NCBI GenBank assembly: GCA_045612485.1
Contig: JAZKZE010000115.1
Span: forward strand, 3,524 to 67,523
DNA: 64,000 nucleotides
Direction: 5' to 3'
Origin: Victivallales bacterium
GTDB lineage: Bacteria > Verrucomicrobiota > Lentisphaeria > Victivallales > UBA1829
The notes under the pieces are model-generated. The model saw only the letters and a list, made by a program, of their open reading frames with translations. It ran no database searches and was not told the origin of the DNA. Numbering within the stretch: position 1 is the stretch's first letter; every line of letters starts with the position of its first letter. Both the position numbers and the translations under genes were made by a program. Below, piece by piece: positions 45,592-55,090 of this stretch.

Positions 45592-47481
45592 TTACTTCTG
45601 TCTGGTAAAGACTGTAAGATCCTGCTGAACTTTGATCAGGTCTTTACCGTATTCTTTATAGAAGGGCTTTACGTCAGGTAGTTCCCTGTCATCGGTGTCT
45701 GTAATTACCTGTGCCGCAACGGAATGGGCATCCAGCGGGATCAGGGATTTATATTTTGTCCCTGCAAAAAATACTCTGTCCCAGTCTGCAATAAGGGAAT
45801 ATCTGCGTACGGGTTTTTCCGGGGAAAGAAGATCAAAACCGCAGGAATAATCGCTGGAAGGATTGCTTACCCCGAAGAATTTTGCAAGAATGGGAACAAT
45901 ATCCATGTGACTGCTCATTTTGTCATAGGTTCCGGGGGTGATACCGGGATAATACAGAATGAAAGTAGTCTTTGTCTGCTCATTATTGAAGGCGGAAGAG
46001 TGACCCAGACGGCCCTTTTCATAATATTCCTCCCCGTGGTCGCCGGCAACAACTACAATGGTGTTTTTCAGAAGATCCTTCTTCTCCAGAAGATCAAAAA
46101 CCTGTCCCAGACACATATCCAGATGCCGTGCGGAATTGGCGGCCCTGCGGAAAATGGCAGGGGCATCTTTGGCAGTTGTCTGTACGATATTGAAGGATTC
46201 CAGATAATCTTTATAGAGTGTTGCCTCTTCCGGGAACGCATAGGGGTGGTGGGTGGATTCAAAGAACATGAAACGCATAAAGGGTTTTCCTGTGGAGGCA
46301 GCTTCTTCAATCGACTGGAGAAGAAGTTTCAGATTTCTCTGATCCCGTTCAAAGGTGGCGCCTTTGGAATCACTGTGGAGCTTGTCGGAAGGAACGGCAA
46401 AAAAGATGGTCTGATCAAATTCCGGATAGGAAAATTTACTGGAGGTGATACAATGGAAACTGTAATCATCTTCCTTCAGCCAATCAATGAAAAGAGGTCC
46501 TTTTCTTGCGGCAAGGAAGGAGTGCCAGTAGGAGCCGGGGATACTGTAGAACATGGAGAACATCCCCTGTCTTGTTACATTGCCACCGGAAAAATGGTTT
46601 TTGAATGTGATCCCTTTTGCGGCAAATTTTGCCGTTTGGGGCATGATCTCTTCTGAATAAAGTCTTGCTGCCCAGGATTCACAGGCAAGCCATACGATAT
46701 TGTATTTTTTATTTTTGCTCTGATCCCTTTTGATAGGGTTCTGCGGATAGTTTCCGATATGGTTTTTGGAGGCAAGTTTCAATATAACAGCTTCTCTTGA
46801 AGGCTTCTTTACTCCCAGGGATTTAAAGAAACTTCCCGCTGTGGCAGGGATGAAAAAGGGAATACTTTTGGATGCCATAAGGGGGGCGGGATTCATGGTG
46901 TAATGAGAGTAGGCATAGGAAAGAATACTTGTTGCAAGGAGAAGGCCGCATACAACAGGGGGGATGATATAATAGAAGGGGGATTTGATTTTCAGGAAGG
47001 AAAGTTTTTCAAAGCGGAAGAAACTGAAAATAAGTCCCGCATGGAAAAGAACAAGAAGGAGTAATCCTGCTGCAAGGGAGAAAATCTCATAGGGACTCAA
47101 ACCCATTCCTTCAAAGCCGCCGGGAGTGGTGAAAATATTCAGCACATGGAAATTGAAGTGGTAGCCGTACCGGAAATACAATCCAGCATCGGAAAGCAGG
47201 AAAAGGTGCATGGGAAATACTGTAATAAACATAATGATTCCGGTGATCCAGGCTCTTTTTGTCCATGAAATCATTTTCCGTGTGAAAAATATGCTTCCTG
47301 CGGAAAGCAGTATGGAAGGCAGAAGTTCCAGAAAGGGATAGACAAAAATGGAAGGGATCAGAACAAGAAGCGTGGGAAGGGAGAAGTCGGATTGTTTCAG
47401 AAGAAAAAGCAGGGAGCTTGCAATATAAAGAACGAACACAGTGAGAAAGTAGGAAGGAAGAAAAGCAAAATCTTTTTTCAT
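45592..47481 (-). CDS. YejM/LapC-like inner-membrane protein with a periplasmic sulfatase-family domain
   Basis: 629 aa. Five or six N-terminal TM helices, then a sulfatase-type domain (YNIVWLACESW..., GGNVTRQGMFSMFYSIPGSY, VVVAGDHGEEY). Confidence 0.85.
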   Translation of the reverse strand: MKKDFAFLPSYFLTVFVLYIASSLLFLLKQSDFSLPTLLVLIPSIFVYPFLELLPSILLSAGSIFFTRKMISWTKRAWITGIIMFITVFPMHLFLLSDAGLYFRYGYHFNFHVLNIFTTPGGFEGMGLSPYEIFSLAAGLLLLVLFHAGLIFSFFRFEKLSFLKIKSPFYYIIPPVVCGLLLATSILSYAYSHYTMNPAPLMASKSIPFFIPATAGSFFKSLGVKKPSREAVILKLASKNHIGNYPQNPIKRDQSKNKKYNIVWLACESWAARLYSEEIMPQTAKFAAKGITFKNHFSGGNVTRQGMFSMFYSIPGSYWHSFLAARKGPLFIDWLKEDDYSFHCITSSKFSYPEFDQTIFFAVPSDKLHSDSKGATFERDQRNLKLLLQSIEEAASTGKPFMRFMFFESTHHPYAFPEEATLYKDYLESFNIVQTTAKDAPAIFRRAANSARHLDMCLGQVFDLLEKKDLLKNTIVVVAGDHGEEYYEKGRLGHSSAFNNEQTKTTFILYYPGITPGTYDKMSSHMDIVPILAKFFGVSNPSSDYSCGFDLLSPEKPVRRYSLIADWDRVFFAGTKYKSLIPLDAHSVAAQVITDTDDRELPDVKPFYKEYGKDLIKVQQDLTVFTRQK

Positions 47482-47736
47482 AATTTACCTTTTTTTGATG
47501 AAAGTTCATGTTTAAAATATCCGCACATTAATCTACTTGTATTTATGCGTTAATTCAAGTTCGGAAAAACATTTTTTTTATGGATTTGTGCTTATTGATG
47601 ATTTTTTGTTTATCAATCAACTCTTTATTTTTCAATCGCATATCCGGCGGGAAAAGTACTTGCATTTTTCTTTTTCCCTGCTATATTTAGAGAAACCGGA
47701 CGTTTGCAATATATAAATAAAAAGGGGGATTTATTT

Positions 47737-49065
47737 ATGACTGTCACACTTCTTGTTACTGTTATTGCCGCAATCATTATCATTACTGCTGTATGGAAGA
47801 TACATCCTCTTCCTGTTCTGCTTCTTGGTGGATTCCTTTTCGGGGTCTGCAATGATTACGGATTCCTGGAAACTCTCAACCTTATTTCCGCCGGATTCGG
47901 CAATACCATAAAAAGCATTGGTCTTGTGATCATCGCCGGGACGGTCATCGGGGTATTTATGGAACAGCGGGGGGCTTTGAAAGTTATTGCACAAAAGATC
48001 ATAAAACTTACCGGGGAAAAACATACTCCTCTTGCCATGAGTATTATCGGGTATGTGGTTTCCATCTGTATTTTCTGTGATTCCGCCTTTATCATTCTTA
48101 TCGGATTATGGAAAAAGATCGGAAAAATGGCATTTCTTCCCCTTGCTGTGGGGGCGACAGCATTGAGTATGGGATTATTTGCCTCTCATTGTTTTATTCC
48201 CCCCACACCGGGACCTCTTGCTGCAATGTCCATACTTGGAGCTGATTTCGGTCAGGTGCTTCTTTTTGGTTCCATTGCCGCTCTTGCAGCAACTGCTGCC
48301 GGATACTTTTACTCCCTTTATGCCGGAAAGGATGAAGTATTGGAAGAGGGGGAATTATCTGCAGAAAAAACGGAAAAGGAGATCTCTTTCCAATACCATT
48401 GGAGTATAGCATTTCTTCCCATTGTGATCCCGCTTGTCCTTATCGGAGCAAACTCTTTTACAGGGATATTCAAAGAAAGTTTGCCGCCTGTTTTCGTTAA
48501 ATTCATGGCTTGTGCCGGACACCCGGTCACAGCCCTGACTGTCGGGGCATTTTTTGCTGTTTTTCTTATCGGAAAATGTAAAAAGAAAGAATTTTCTGTG
48601 GAAGGACTTATGGGAAAAGCCGTACTGGATGCTGCCAATATTCTTGTCATTACGGCTGCCGGAGGAGCCTTCGGCGAGGTCTTGAAAAAGGTGGATTTTG
48701 CCTCCTTTCTTCCGGAAAAGATCGGAAATATGGGGGTACTTGCCCTGCTTTTCCCCCTTGTTTTTGCTTCTGTACTGAAAATAGCACAAGGCTCCTCCAC
48801 ACTTGCCATTCTTACAGCGGCAAGTGTAACTGCCCCCATGCTGGAAACTCTGGGATTGAGTTCCCCTGTTATGCGGGCATTGGCATGTTGTGCAGTATGC
48901 TGCGGCGGGATGATCGTTTCCCATACCAATGACAGTTTCTTCTGGGTGGTGACACGATTTTCCGGTATGAGTGTGCGGCAGGGGTTGAAATTACAGACAT
49001 TGGGAACGCTTGTTTCCGGTACAGCAGCGGCAGCAGTGATCCTGCTTCTGGCATTTGTCCTGTAA
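47737..49065 (+). CDS. GntP-family permease
   Basis: ATG 47737 lies 8 nt after AAAGGGGGA; the ORF-track start at 47704 is a TTG. Multi-TM protein with GntP-like blocks (GLVIIAGTVIGVFMEQRGA, SHTNDSFFWVV). Confidence 0.88.
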   Translation: MTVTLLVTVIAAIIIITAVWKIHPLPVLLLGGFLFGVCNDYGFLETLNLISAGFGNTIKSIGLVIIAGTVIGVFMEQRGALKVIAQKIIKLTGEKHTPLAMSIIGYVVSICIFCDSAFIILIGLWKKIGKMAFLPLAVGATALSMGLFASHCFIPPTPGPLAAMSILGADFGQVLLFGSIAALAATAAGYFYSLYAGKDEVLEEGELSAEKTEKEISFQYHWSIAFLPIVIPLVLIGANSFTGIFKESLPPVFVKFMACAGHPVTALTVGAFFAVFLIGKCKKKEFSVEGLMGKAVLDAANILVITAAGGAFGEVLKKVDFASFLPEKIGNMGVLALLFPLVFASVLKIAQGSSTLAILTAASVTAPMLETLGLSSPVMRALACCAVCCGGMIVSHTNDSFFWVVTRFSGMSVRQGLKLQTLGTLVSGTAAAAVILLLAFVL

Positions 49066-49081
49066 AAAATCGGAGTGAAAT

Positions 49082-49891
49082 ATGGCGACCGAAGAAAAAA
49101 ATATCCTTTATATTTTTAATGGCGATTGTGCTTTTGAGGCATGGAAAAAGAGCGTGGACGCGGAAGGCGGAAATTTTCTTGTCTGGCGGGAAAATTATCT
49201 GGAAGGACCGCTCCCGGCAAATGTTTCTCTGGAAGAATTTGAAAAGAACCGGGCGGCATTGATCCATACCTGGGTTCCGGAATATTCCTGTGAAAGATTG
49301 TATAATTACCTTCTTTCCATGGATAAAAAACTTCTTTCTCTTACGGAAAAAGATGTCGTGGTACTGTATTTTGACTGCTGTATGTATGATATCGTGATGC
49401 TTTGCCGGATATTTTCCCTTTTACGGGGGACAAAAGCAGAGGTGCGTTTATTCTGTGAAGATGCGGTTTTGGGCATGGAAAAAGAACTTTATCAAAGGGA
49501 TATTGCTTCATTAAGGAAACTTTCTCTGGAAGATATTTCTTTATATGCTTCTGCGTGGGATGCCATTTTACATGGGACGGAAGCGGTGGAAAAATTCAAT
49601 CTTTCGGCAAAGGCGGAAAAAGAACCTTTGCTCAGAGAAGCATTGCTCCGTTACGGGGAAGATCATCCTTCTGACGGGAGTATGGGAAAAAGTGAAAGAC
49701 GGCTCTGTTCCATTATCAAAAGCGGTATTCAGGAATTTTCCGCTGTTTTTAACAGTTTCAATGCACAGGAGAAACATCCTTTTATGGGGGACAGTATGTG
49801 TATGCGTATTCTGGATGCTCTTGCAGAGGCGGGAAAACTTGAAAAAACGGTAAAAGGGAGCAGTATCTTTTATCGGCTTGCTGATGCCTGA
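49082..49891 (+). CDS. DUF1835/DUF3658-like protein
   Basis: 269 aa. The N-terminal LYIFNGDCAFEAWKKS pattern and a C-terminal winged-helix-like MGDSMCMRILDALAEAGKL suggest the family, recalled from memory. Confidence 0.55.
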   Translation: MATEEKNILYIFNGDCAFEAWKKSVDAEGGNFLVWRENYLEGPLPANVSLEEFEKNRAALIHTWVPEYSCERLYNYLLSMDKKLLSLTEKDVVVLYFDCCMYDIVMLCRIFSLLRGTKAEVRLFCEDAVLGMEKELYQRDIASLRKLSLEDISLYASAWDAILHGTEAVEKFNLSAKAEKEPLLREALLRYGEDHPSDGSMGKSERRLCSIIKSGIQEFSAVFNSFNAQEKHPFMGDSMCMRILDALAEAGKLEKTVKGSSIFYRLADA

Positions 49892-49915
49892 ATAAAAAAA
49901 ATGCAGGAATAATAT

Positions 49916-50533
49916 ATGAATCATAAAACCATGTGTATTATACTCAGGAAGATCCCTTTCCGGGAAAAAAGCCTTATTGTGAATACCTTCACAAAAGATT
50001 GCGGCAGGATCGACCTTATGTTGAAAGGTTCCAGAAGTATTTCTGCAAAATCTTTTCCCTCTGCGGAATTATTCCGTGTGTTTTCCCTGGAATTTATACA
50101 GAAAGAGAATACAGGAAATTCTTCAGATATTTTTAATGCAAAAGTTATGGAATATGCGGCAAATTTTGATGAAATAGCTTTCCGTACACAAAATTATCTT
50201 TCCATGTGTGAGTATGCTTCCTTTCTCCTGAAACATACGGCTCCTTTTCTTGTCCTTCCGGAAACTTTTGATTCTCTTCTTGTGCTGCTGGAACGGATGA
50301 CCCGGAAAGAGGATTGCTCTTTTGATATGACCGCTTCCAAACTTGTTTTTCTTGAAGAGTCCGGGCTTCTTCCGGAAGATGCGGGAAAAAGTGTGGAAAA
50401 CAATGCTTTGCTTCAGGAGATCCTTGCTTATGCTCTGGACAGCAGCAGGGAGAAACCCCTTATGACTCCCCAATATGAAAAAAGACTTACGGAATGGGTG
50501 AAGGCTCTCTGCCGGTATCACGGACTGGTATAA
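49916..50533 (+). CDS. recO: probable DNA repair protein RecO
   Basis: 205 aa. The N-terminal OB-like pattern CIILRKIPFREKSLIVNTFTKDCGRIDLMLKGSR is typical of RecO. No zinc-finger Cys pair is present. Confidence 0.6.
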   Translation: MNHKTMCIILRKIPFREKSLIVNTFTKDCGRIDLMLKGSRSISAKSFPSAELFRVFSLEFIQKENTGNSSDIFNAKVMEYAANFDEIAFRTQNYLSMCEYASFLLKHTAPFLVLPETFDSLLVLLERMTRKEDCSFDMTASKLVFLEESGLLPEDAGKSVENNALLQEILAYALDSSREKPLMTPQYEKRLTEWVKALCRYHGLV

Positions 50534-50537
50534 GATT

Positions 50538-51608
50538 TTAATAAAAGACCCATTCCAGATATTCCTGGGTTTCTTCCTTTGCTCCGGAGATCTCCAATGC
50601 TCCGAAAGAAGCGGTCAGACGTTTGGAAGGACGGCGGCTTCCCGGGGCAGGTTCAATAACTACCGTATAATAATCACTCCCCCGCCAGGACATTTTCTGC
50701 TGCAATTTTGCCGGAAGTCCCACATCCAGTTCATCGGACATTTTGATGCGTTTTTTCCGTAATTTTTCCCTTGCCTCCAGTACAGAAGAAAGCTCATCAT
50801 CCTCCAGATCCGCCAGAAGCCGTATCATTTCAGGGGAGGCGGAAAAGAAACTTGGCGTACCATTGAGAACAACTGTCCCCTCCGGCGGGATCAATCTTAC
50901 ACTGGTAAGTCTTCCTGATTTATCCGGCGGGATAAGGGAGGTGAAATCTTTGATGTAATAGAGTTCCTCCCTGTACTGCATAGCTCCGTTACGGGGCAGG
51001 GGATTCATATTTTCCGATTCATAATCCTCTTTTTCCATTCCTTCCGCAGAATCTGTCCCTACTGCCGCCGAGGTTGTGGGGGTATCGTTGCTGTCGGTAT
51101 AATCGGCAATTCTGGCAATAATATCATTGACCATATCCACAATATCCTGTTCCGTATCCGGATCAGACGCAAAATTCCGCAGGGAATTCCTGTACTGGGA
51201 TGAGGAAAGGTCCCAACCGGAAATTGCATCATAGACCATTACATTTACCTTGTCCCCGTAATAATCCACTTCGTGGATCACTCCATCCTGAAGGAATCTT
51301 TCATAATCCATTTCCTCATAATCCACTTCCCCCAGAACTTCCTGCGTCCGGTTCTGATCCCTGTCCGCGGCGATAAGGAAACTTACCCGGTTCATGACCC
51401 CTTCATTGATATAAAAAGACTTCTGGATACTTACATGTGCCGCCATATCCATTGTACTTACAAGCGTCATTCCGGCAACAGCCGCCGCTAGCATCCCCCC
51501 GAGAAAAACAAGACAAAGCACCGCAACAAGGGCAGAACCTTTTTCCGCGGAGTATTTTCTCCTGTTCCGTAGAAGTTTCCGGATATTTTTTCTGTAAAAA
51601 AGCATCAT
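50538..51608 (-). CDS. gspK: T2SS minor pseudopilin GspK-like
   Basis: EKGSALVAVLCLVFLGGMLAAAV N-terminal segment, 356 aa, last gene of the pseudopilin block. Confidence 0.65.
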   Translation of the reverse strand: MMLFYRKNIRKLLRNRRKYSAEKGSALVAVLCLVFLGGMLAAAVAGMTLVSTMDMAAHVSIQKSFYINEGVMNRVSFLIAADRDQNRTQEVLGEVDYEEMDYERFLQDGVIHEVDYYGDKVNVMVYDAISGWDLSSSQYRNSLRNFASDPDTEQDIVDMVNDIIARIADYTDSNDTPTTSAAVGTDSAEGMEKEDYESENMNPLPRNGAMQYREELYYIKDFTSLIPPDKSGRLTSVRLIPPEGTVVLNGTPSFFSASPEMIRLLADLEDDELSSVLEAREKLRKKRIKMSDELDVGLPAKLQQKMSWRGSDYYTVVIEPAPGSRRPSKRLTASFGALEISGAKEETQEYLEWVFY

Positions 51609-51626
51609 GCAAAAACTTTTCCTGTG

Positions 51627-52301
51627 TTATAATGATGGCATCCTGCGATACCCCAGTGTACTGTATTTGCTTGTTCCCGCCGCACGGCGCAACCACTGTT
51701 CTTTTCTGCCGTTTTTCCATGTGACTGTCATCTGTACTGCCAGCGGGATCGCCTCATGTTCTTCTTCATCCCACTCTTCCAGGAATTCCATACCTTCATC
51801 CTGTTCCTCATTTTTTTCTGCATAAAGGAAACTTACGCTTTCCACATTGTTGCATAGGACTTCTTTTGTCGTCTGGAAAGTGCCTTCCTCCTCCCAGGGG
51901 AGAAAGGGGTAGGGCGTATATTCTGCAATGAGTTCCTCATTTTCCACATATAATTTAATAAAGATGATCCCTCCCTTATCTCCTGCATGACTTCTCCGCA
52001 GAGCGGTAAAGAGCATGGAATCACTTTTCCCCTCAAAAACAAATTTCTGTTTGTTATTGTCTTCTTCGTCCTTCCATTTGAAAGGGATCATATTGCGGAA
52101 ATAGTTATCCGCAATACGGTCGATCGCCTGTGCAGACTTCAGGAACGCTGTTACTCTTCCTGTTCTTGCCCAGGTATTGTAAAAACTCATGGAGGCAGTC
52201 CCTATGATGAGGGCAACAAAGATCATTACCGCCATGGCGGCGATCATTTCCACAAGCGTGAAAAATCTTTTTTCTGCAAACGTTTTTTTATCAGTTTTCA
52301 T
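51627..52301 (-). CDS. gspJ: T2SS minor pseudopilin (GspJ-like)
   Basis: Prepilin motif RFFTLVEMIAAMAVMIFVALI. Assigned by size and position. Confidence 0.6.
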   Translation of the reverse strand: MKTDKKTFAEKRFFTLVEMIAAMAVMIFVALIIGTASMSFYNTWARTGRVTAFLKSAQAIDRIADNYFRNMIPFKWKDEEDNNKQKFVFEGKSDSMLFTALRRSHAGDKGGIIFIKLYVENEELIAEYTPYPFLPWEEEGTFQTTKEVLCNNVESVSFLYAEKNEEQDEGMEFLEEWDEEEHEAIPLAVQMTVTWKNGRKEQWLRRAAGTSKYSTLGYRRMPSL

Positions 52302-52710
52302 CGAAAGAACTTTCTGAATCGTAACTCAAACGGTCGATCCTCAAGGTATCCACAACTTCATTTTCCGGCAGTTTGCGTAATTGCAGAGTCAGACATTTCA
52401 ACGGGACCTGCCCCATAAGGTCACTCAACTCTTCCGGAAGATCCTCCACATCCTCTATGCTTACATCCACCTGATGGTCCCTGTAGGGAAAAATAAATTC
52501 CGGAATATCCGGCGGATCATCCCCCTGCATGAGATAATATTCCGCCGCCTGGGAAAGAATGTGCATCCTCTCCCATTTTTCATAACTTTTACTCAATCTT
52601 TTCTGGGACTGGGTCATCAGTTCCAGGATCCCTGTAAGACTGATGGCAAGGATGGCAAGGGCGATCACTACCTCTATCAGAGTAAAAATATTTTTTTTGA
52701 AAATTTTCAT
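52291..52710 (-). CDS. gspI: T2SS minor pseudopilin (GspI-like)
   Basis: Prepilin motif NIFTLIEVVIALAILAISL, 139 aa. Confidence 0.6.
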   Translation of the reverse strand: MKIFKKNIFTLIEVVIALAILAISLTGILELMTQSQKRLSKSYEKWERMHILSQAAEYYLMQGDDPPDIPEFIFPYRDHQVDVSIEDVEDLPEELSDLMGQVPLKCLTLQLRKLPENEVVDTLRIDRLSYDSESSFDEN

Positions 52711-53327
52711 TCCTCCTCCTTTACCGTGATCAGCAGTCCTGTAAGGGGGGATATATCGTAAGTAAGAGAAAGGGCTTTACATTCCAGTTTGAATCTGCGG
52801 ATGCCGGATGCCCCTCCGTCGGGAAAGAACCGGAAAACTTCATACATATTATCTTCCGGAGCGTCCTCCGCTGCAAAATTTTCTTCATTGATCTGTGTAT
52901 TTTCCGGCAGCTTCCATTTTATGACAGAAGGCGGATCCGGCATAGGTTCATCTTCATCGGTAAGCTCCTGCCTTTTTCTTTCCTCTGCGGCAAGCTCTTC
53001 CTCCGTAAGACTTCTTTTTGTGATGAATTCTTTTGTTACAGGGGAAAAACATACAATGATATCCTCACCGTGTTCCTGTGCCTGGAATCTTGCCCTTGCA
53101 CAGAATGTTTCAAAGCCCGTGGACGCTCTTTCCAGCTGTCTTGCCGCAGAATCCCCTCTGAAGGCGGCAACAGCGAACCCCAGGGATATCACGATAATGG
53201 CAAGAACGACCACCAGTTCAATAAGTGTAAACTTTTTCCGTACAGAACATGCGGCAGCTCTTTTCCCGGGAAAGGAAAACATACTGCGGGAAGGAGAAAA
53301 TTTTTTTCCCTTATCCATAGTATCCAT
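52707..53327 (-). CDS. gspH: T2SS minor pseudopilin (GspH-like)
   Basis: Prepilin motif KKFTLIELVVVLAIIVISL. Lies immediately downstream of gspG. Confidence 0.6.
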   Translation of the reverse strand: MDTMDKGKKFSPSRSMFSFPGKRAAACSVRKKFTLIELVVVLAIIVISLGFAVAAFRGDSAARQLERASTGFETFCARARFQAQEHGEDIIVCFSPVTKEFITKRSLTEEELAAEERKRQELTDEDEPMPDPPSVIKWKLPENTQINEENFAAEDAPEDNMYEVFRFFPDGGASGIRRFKLECKALSLTYDISPLTGLLITVKEEE

Positions 53328-53376
53328 CCTTTCCCCTGTTTTTCCTGTTCAGAAAAAACAGAAATACCGTATTGCA

Positions 53377-53832
53377 TTACTCTTTTTCAGCGGAATTGTC
53401 CCAGCTGGTGATGTCCGCATTTTCCCCGGTACCGCCTGCCTGACCGTCTGCACCATAGCTCATAAGGTCATAGTCACCGTTTTCCCCGGGACAGGTATAG
53501 ACAAAATCATTTCCCCAGGGATCTTTGGGAATACGCTGGATGTAGGGACCATCCCATTTTTCATTCTGTTCGTCTTTATTGACCAGATTTTCCAGAGATT
53601 CCGGGAAACTTCCGATATCCAGTTTATAACCGGTAATGGCATCCTGTAAAAGTTTCAGCTGGGTACGGGCTGCCCCCACATTGGCTTTTTTCACATAACT
53701 TAAATACATGGGGGTGGCAATAGATGCAAGGGTCACCAGAATGATGATGACCACCACAACTTCGATCAGGGTGAAATTCTTTCTCCTGATTGCTTTTTTC
53801 ATTCTTTTCATTTCCTTGACGTTCATTTTCAT
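53377..53832 (-). CDS. gspG: T2SS major pseudopilin GspG
   Basis: KNFTLIEVVVVIIIL plus the G-type signature PKDPWGNDFVYTCPGENGDYDLMSYGADGQAGG. Confidence 0.9.
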   Translation of the reverse strand: MKMNVKEMKRMKKAIRRKNFTLIEVVVVIIILVTLASIATPMYLSYVKKANVGAARTQLKLLQDAITGYKLDIGSFPESLENLVNKDEQNEKWDGPYIQRIPKDPWGNDFVYTCPGENGDYDLMSYGADGQAGGTGENADITSWDNSAEKE

Positions 53833-55046
53833 AAGTTGGGCCCTCCTTGACCTATTGAATTTATTTCCATCATAGCGATAAATATCGATACAACAACGAT
53901 CAGCACGATCACAGCAAGAAAAATGATGACGAAAGGTTCAAAAAGACTCAATAATCTTTTGATCTTCTGTCTGGTATCATTTTCCAGTCTTGCGGCAATA
54001 CCATCCATCATCTCCCCTACAGTACCGGATTCCTCCCCTACACGCAGCATGGGGATCGTTCCCGGAGGAAGATAGGTATTTCCGGAAAGAGCCGCAGAAA
54101 GTTTTTCTCCGCTTTTGAGTTTTTTGTCCACATGGGAAAAGGATGCGGAAATGATGGGGTTGCGGATGATCTTCCCTGCAATACGGACGGTTTTTATGAT
54201 CTCCACATGATTGCCGATAAGAATGGCAAGTGTCCGCAGATAACGGCACATTTCCAGATCGGAGATCAATCTGCCGAATACAGGTATTTTCAGCACAAAG
54301 GAACTTGTTTTATGCTGGAGATTTTCTTTTCCGTAACTTTTTTCCAGAATTTTCCATGTGCCGAAGATAAGAAGCGGTACAAGCCACCACGCATAGGAGG
54401 CAAAGGAACTTACCCCCATGAGAAATTCCATGGAAGGAGGCATACTTCTTCCCATATCATGAAAGATTTTTGCAAACCGGGGGACAAATACGGTAAAAAG
54501 CAGAACGGAAACGATAAGTGTCACCCCCAGAATGGCAAGAGGATAAATGGAACTGGAGACGATAAAATCCTTCAGCTCTTTGGATTCCCCCATGAATTTA
54601 TACAACTGCCGCACAGATTCCGGCAGACAGCCGGATTCCTCTCCGCTTTCAATAAGATTGGCATAGTAGGAGGGGAAAAGATTTCCGTGGGAACGTACCA
54701 GAAAAGAAAAGGTCTTTCCTTCATGCAGACCTCTGCGGAGAGAGTTGACAAAATCCTTCTGTTCCGGTTCCGCCGCACCTTCCGCAATGATCCCCAACGC
54801 CCGTTCCAGAGGAATATAGGCATCCAGAAGGGGGGCAAGCTGGCGGGTGAAATCATACGTATCCACTTTGCTGCGTTTGAGGGAAAAGGAACTGCTTTTT
54901 ATTGAACTTACCTCCCCGTAGGATTCAATAGGGGTCAGATGCCGGGAACGGAGTTTATCCGTTGCTTCCCGCTGGGAATCCGCCTCAATAAGCACTTCTC
55001 TGGGCTTTTCCCCTTTTCCCGCAGCATAAAATTTATATAATCCCAT
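53829..55046 (-). CDS. gspF: T2SS platform protein GspF
   Basis: 405 aa with two GspF/PilC-type repeats and three TM segments. Confidence 0.9.
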   Translation of the reverse strand: MGLYKFYAAGKGEKPREVLIEADSQREATDKLRSRHLTPIESYGEVSSIKSSSFSLKRSKVDTYDFTRQLAPLLDAYIPLERALGIIAEGAAEPEQKDFVNSLRRGLHEGKTFSFLVRSHGNLFPSYYANLIESGEESGCLPESVRQLYKFMGESKELKDFIVSSSIYPLAILGVTLIVSVLLFTVFVPRFAKIFHDMGRSMPPSMEFLMGVSSFASYAWWLVPLLIFGTWKILEKSYGKENLQHKTSSFVLKIPVFGRLISDLEMCRYLRTLAILIGNHVEIIKTVRIAGKIIRNPIISASFSHVDKKLKSGEKLSAALSGNTYLPPGTIPMLRVGEESGTVGEMMDGIAARLENDTRQKIKRLLSLFEPFVIIFLAVIVLIVVVSIFIAMMEINSIGQGGPNL

Positions 55047-55090
55047 CTTATTTCCTTTCCCGGACAGAATCTGTGCAATTCATTTTCCCG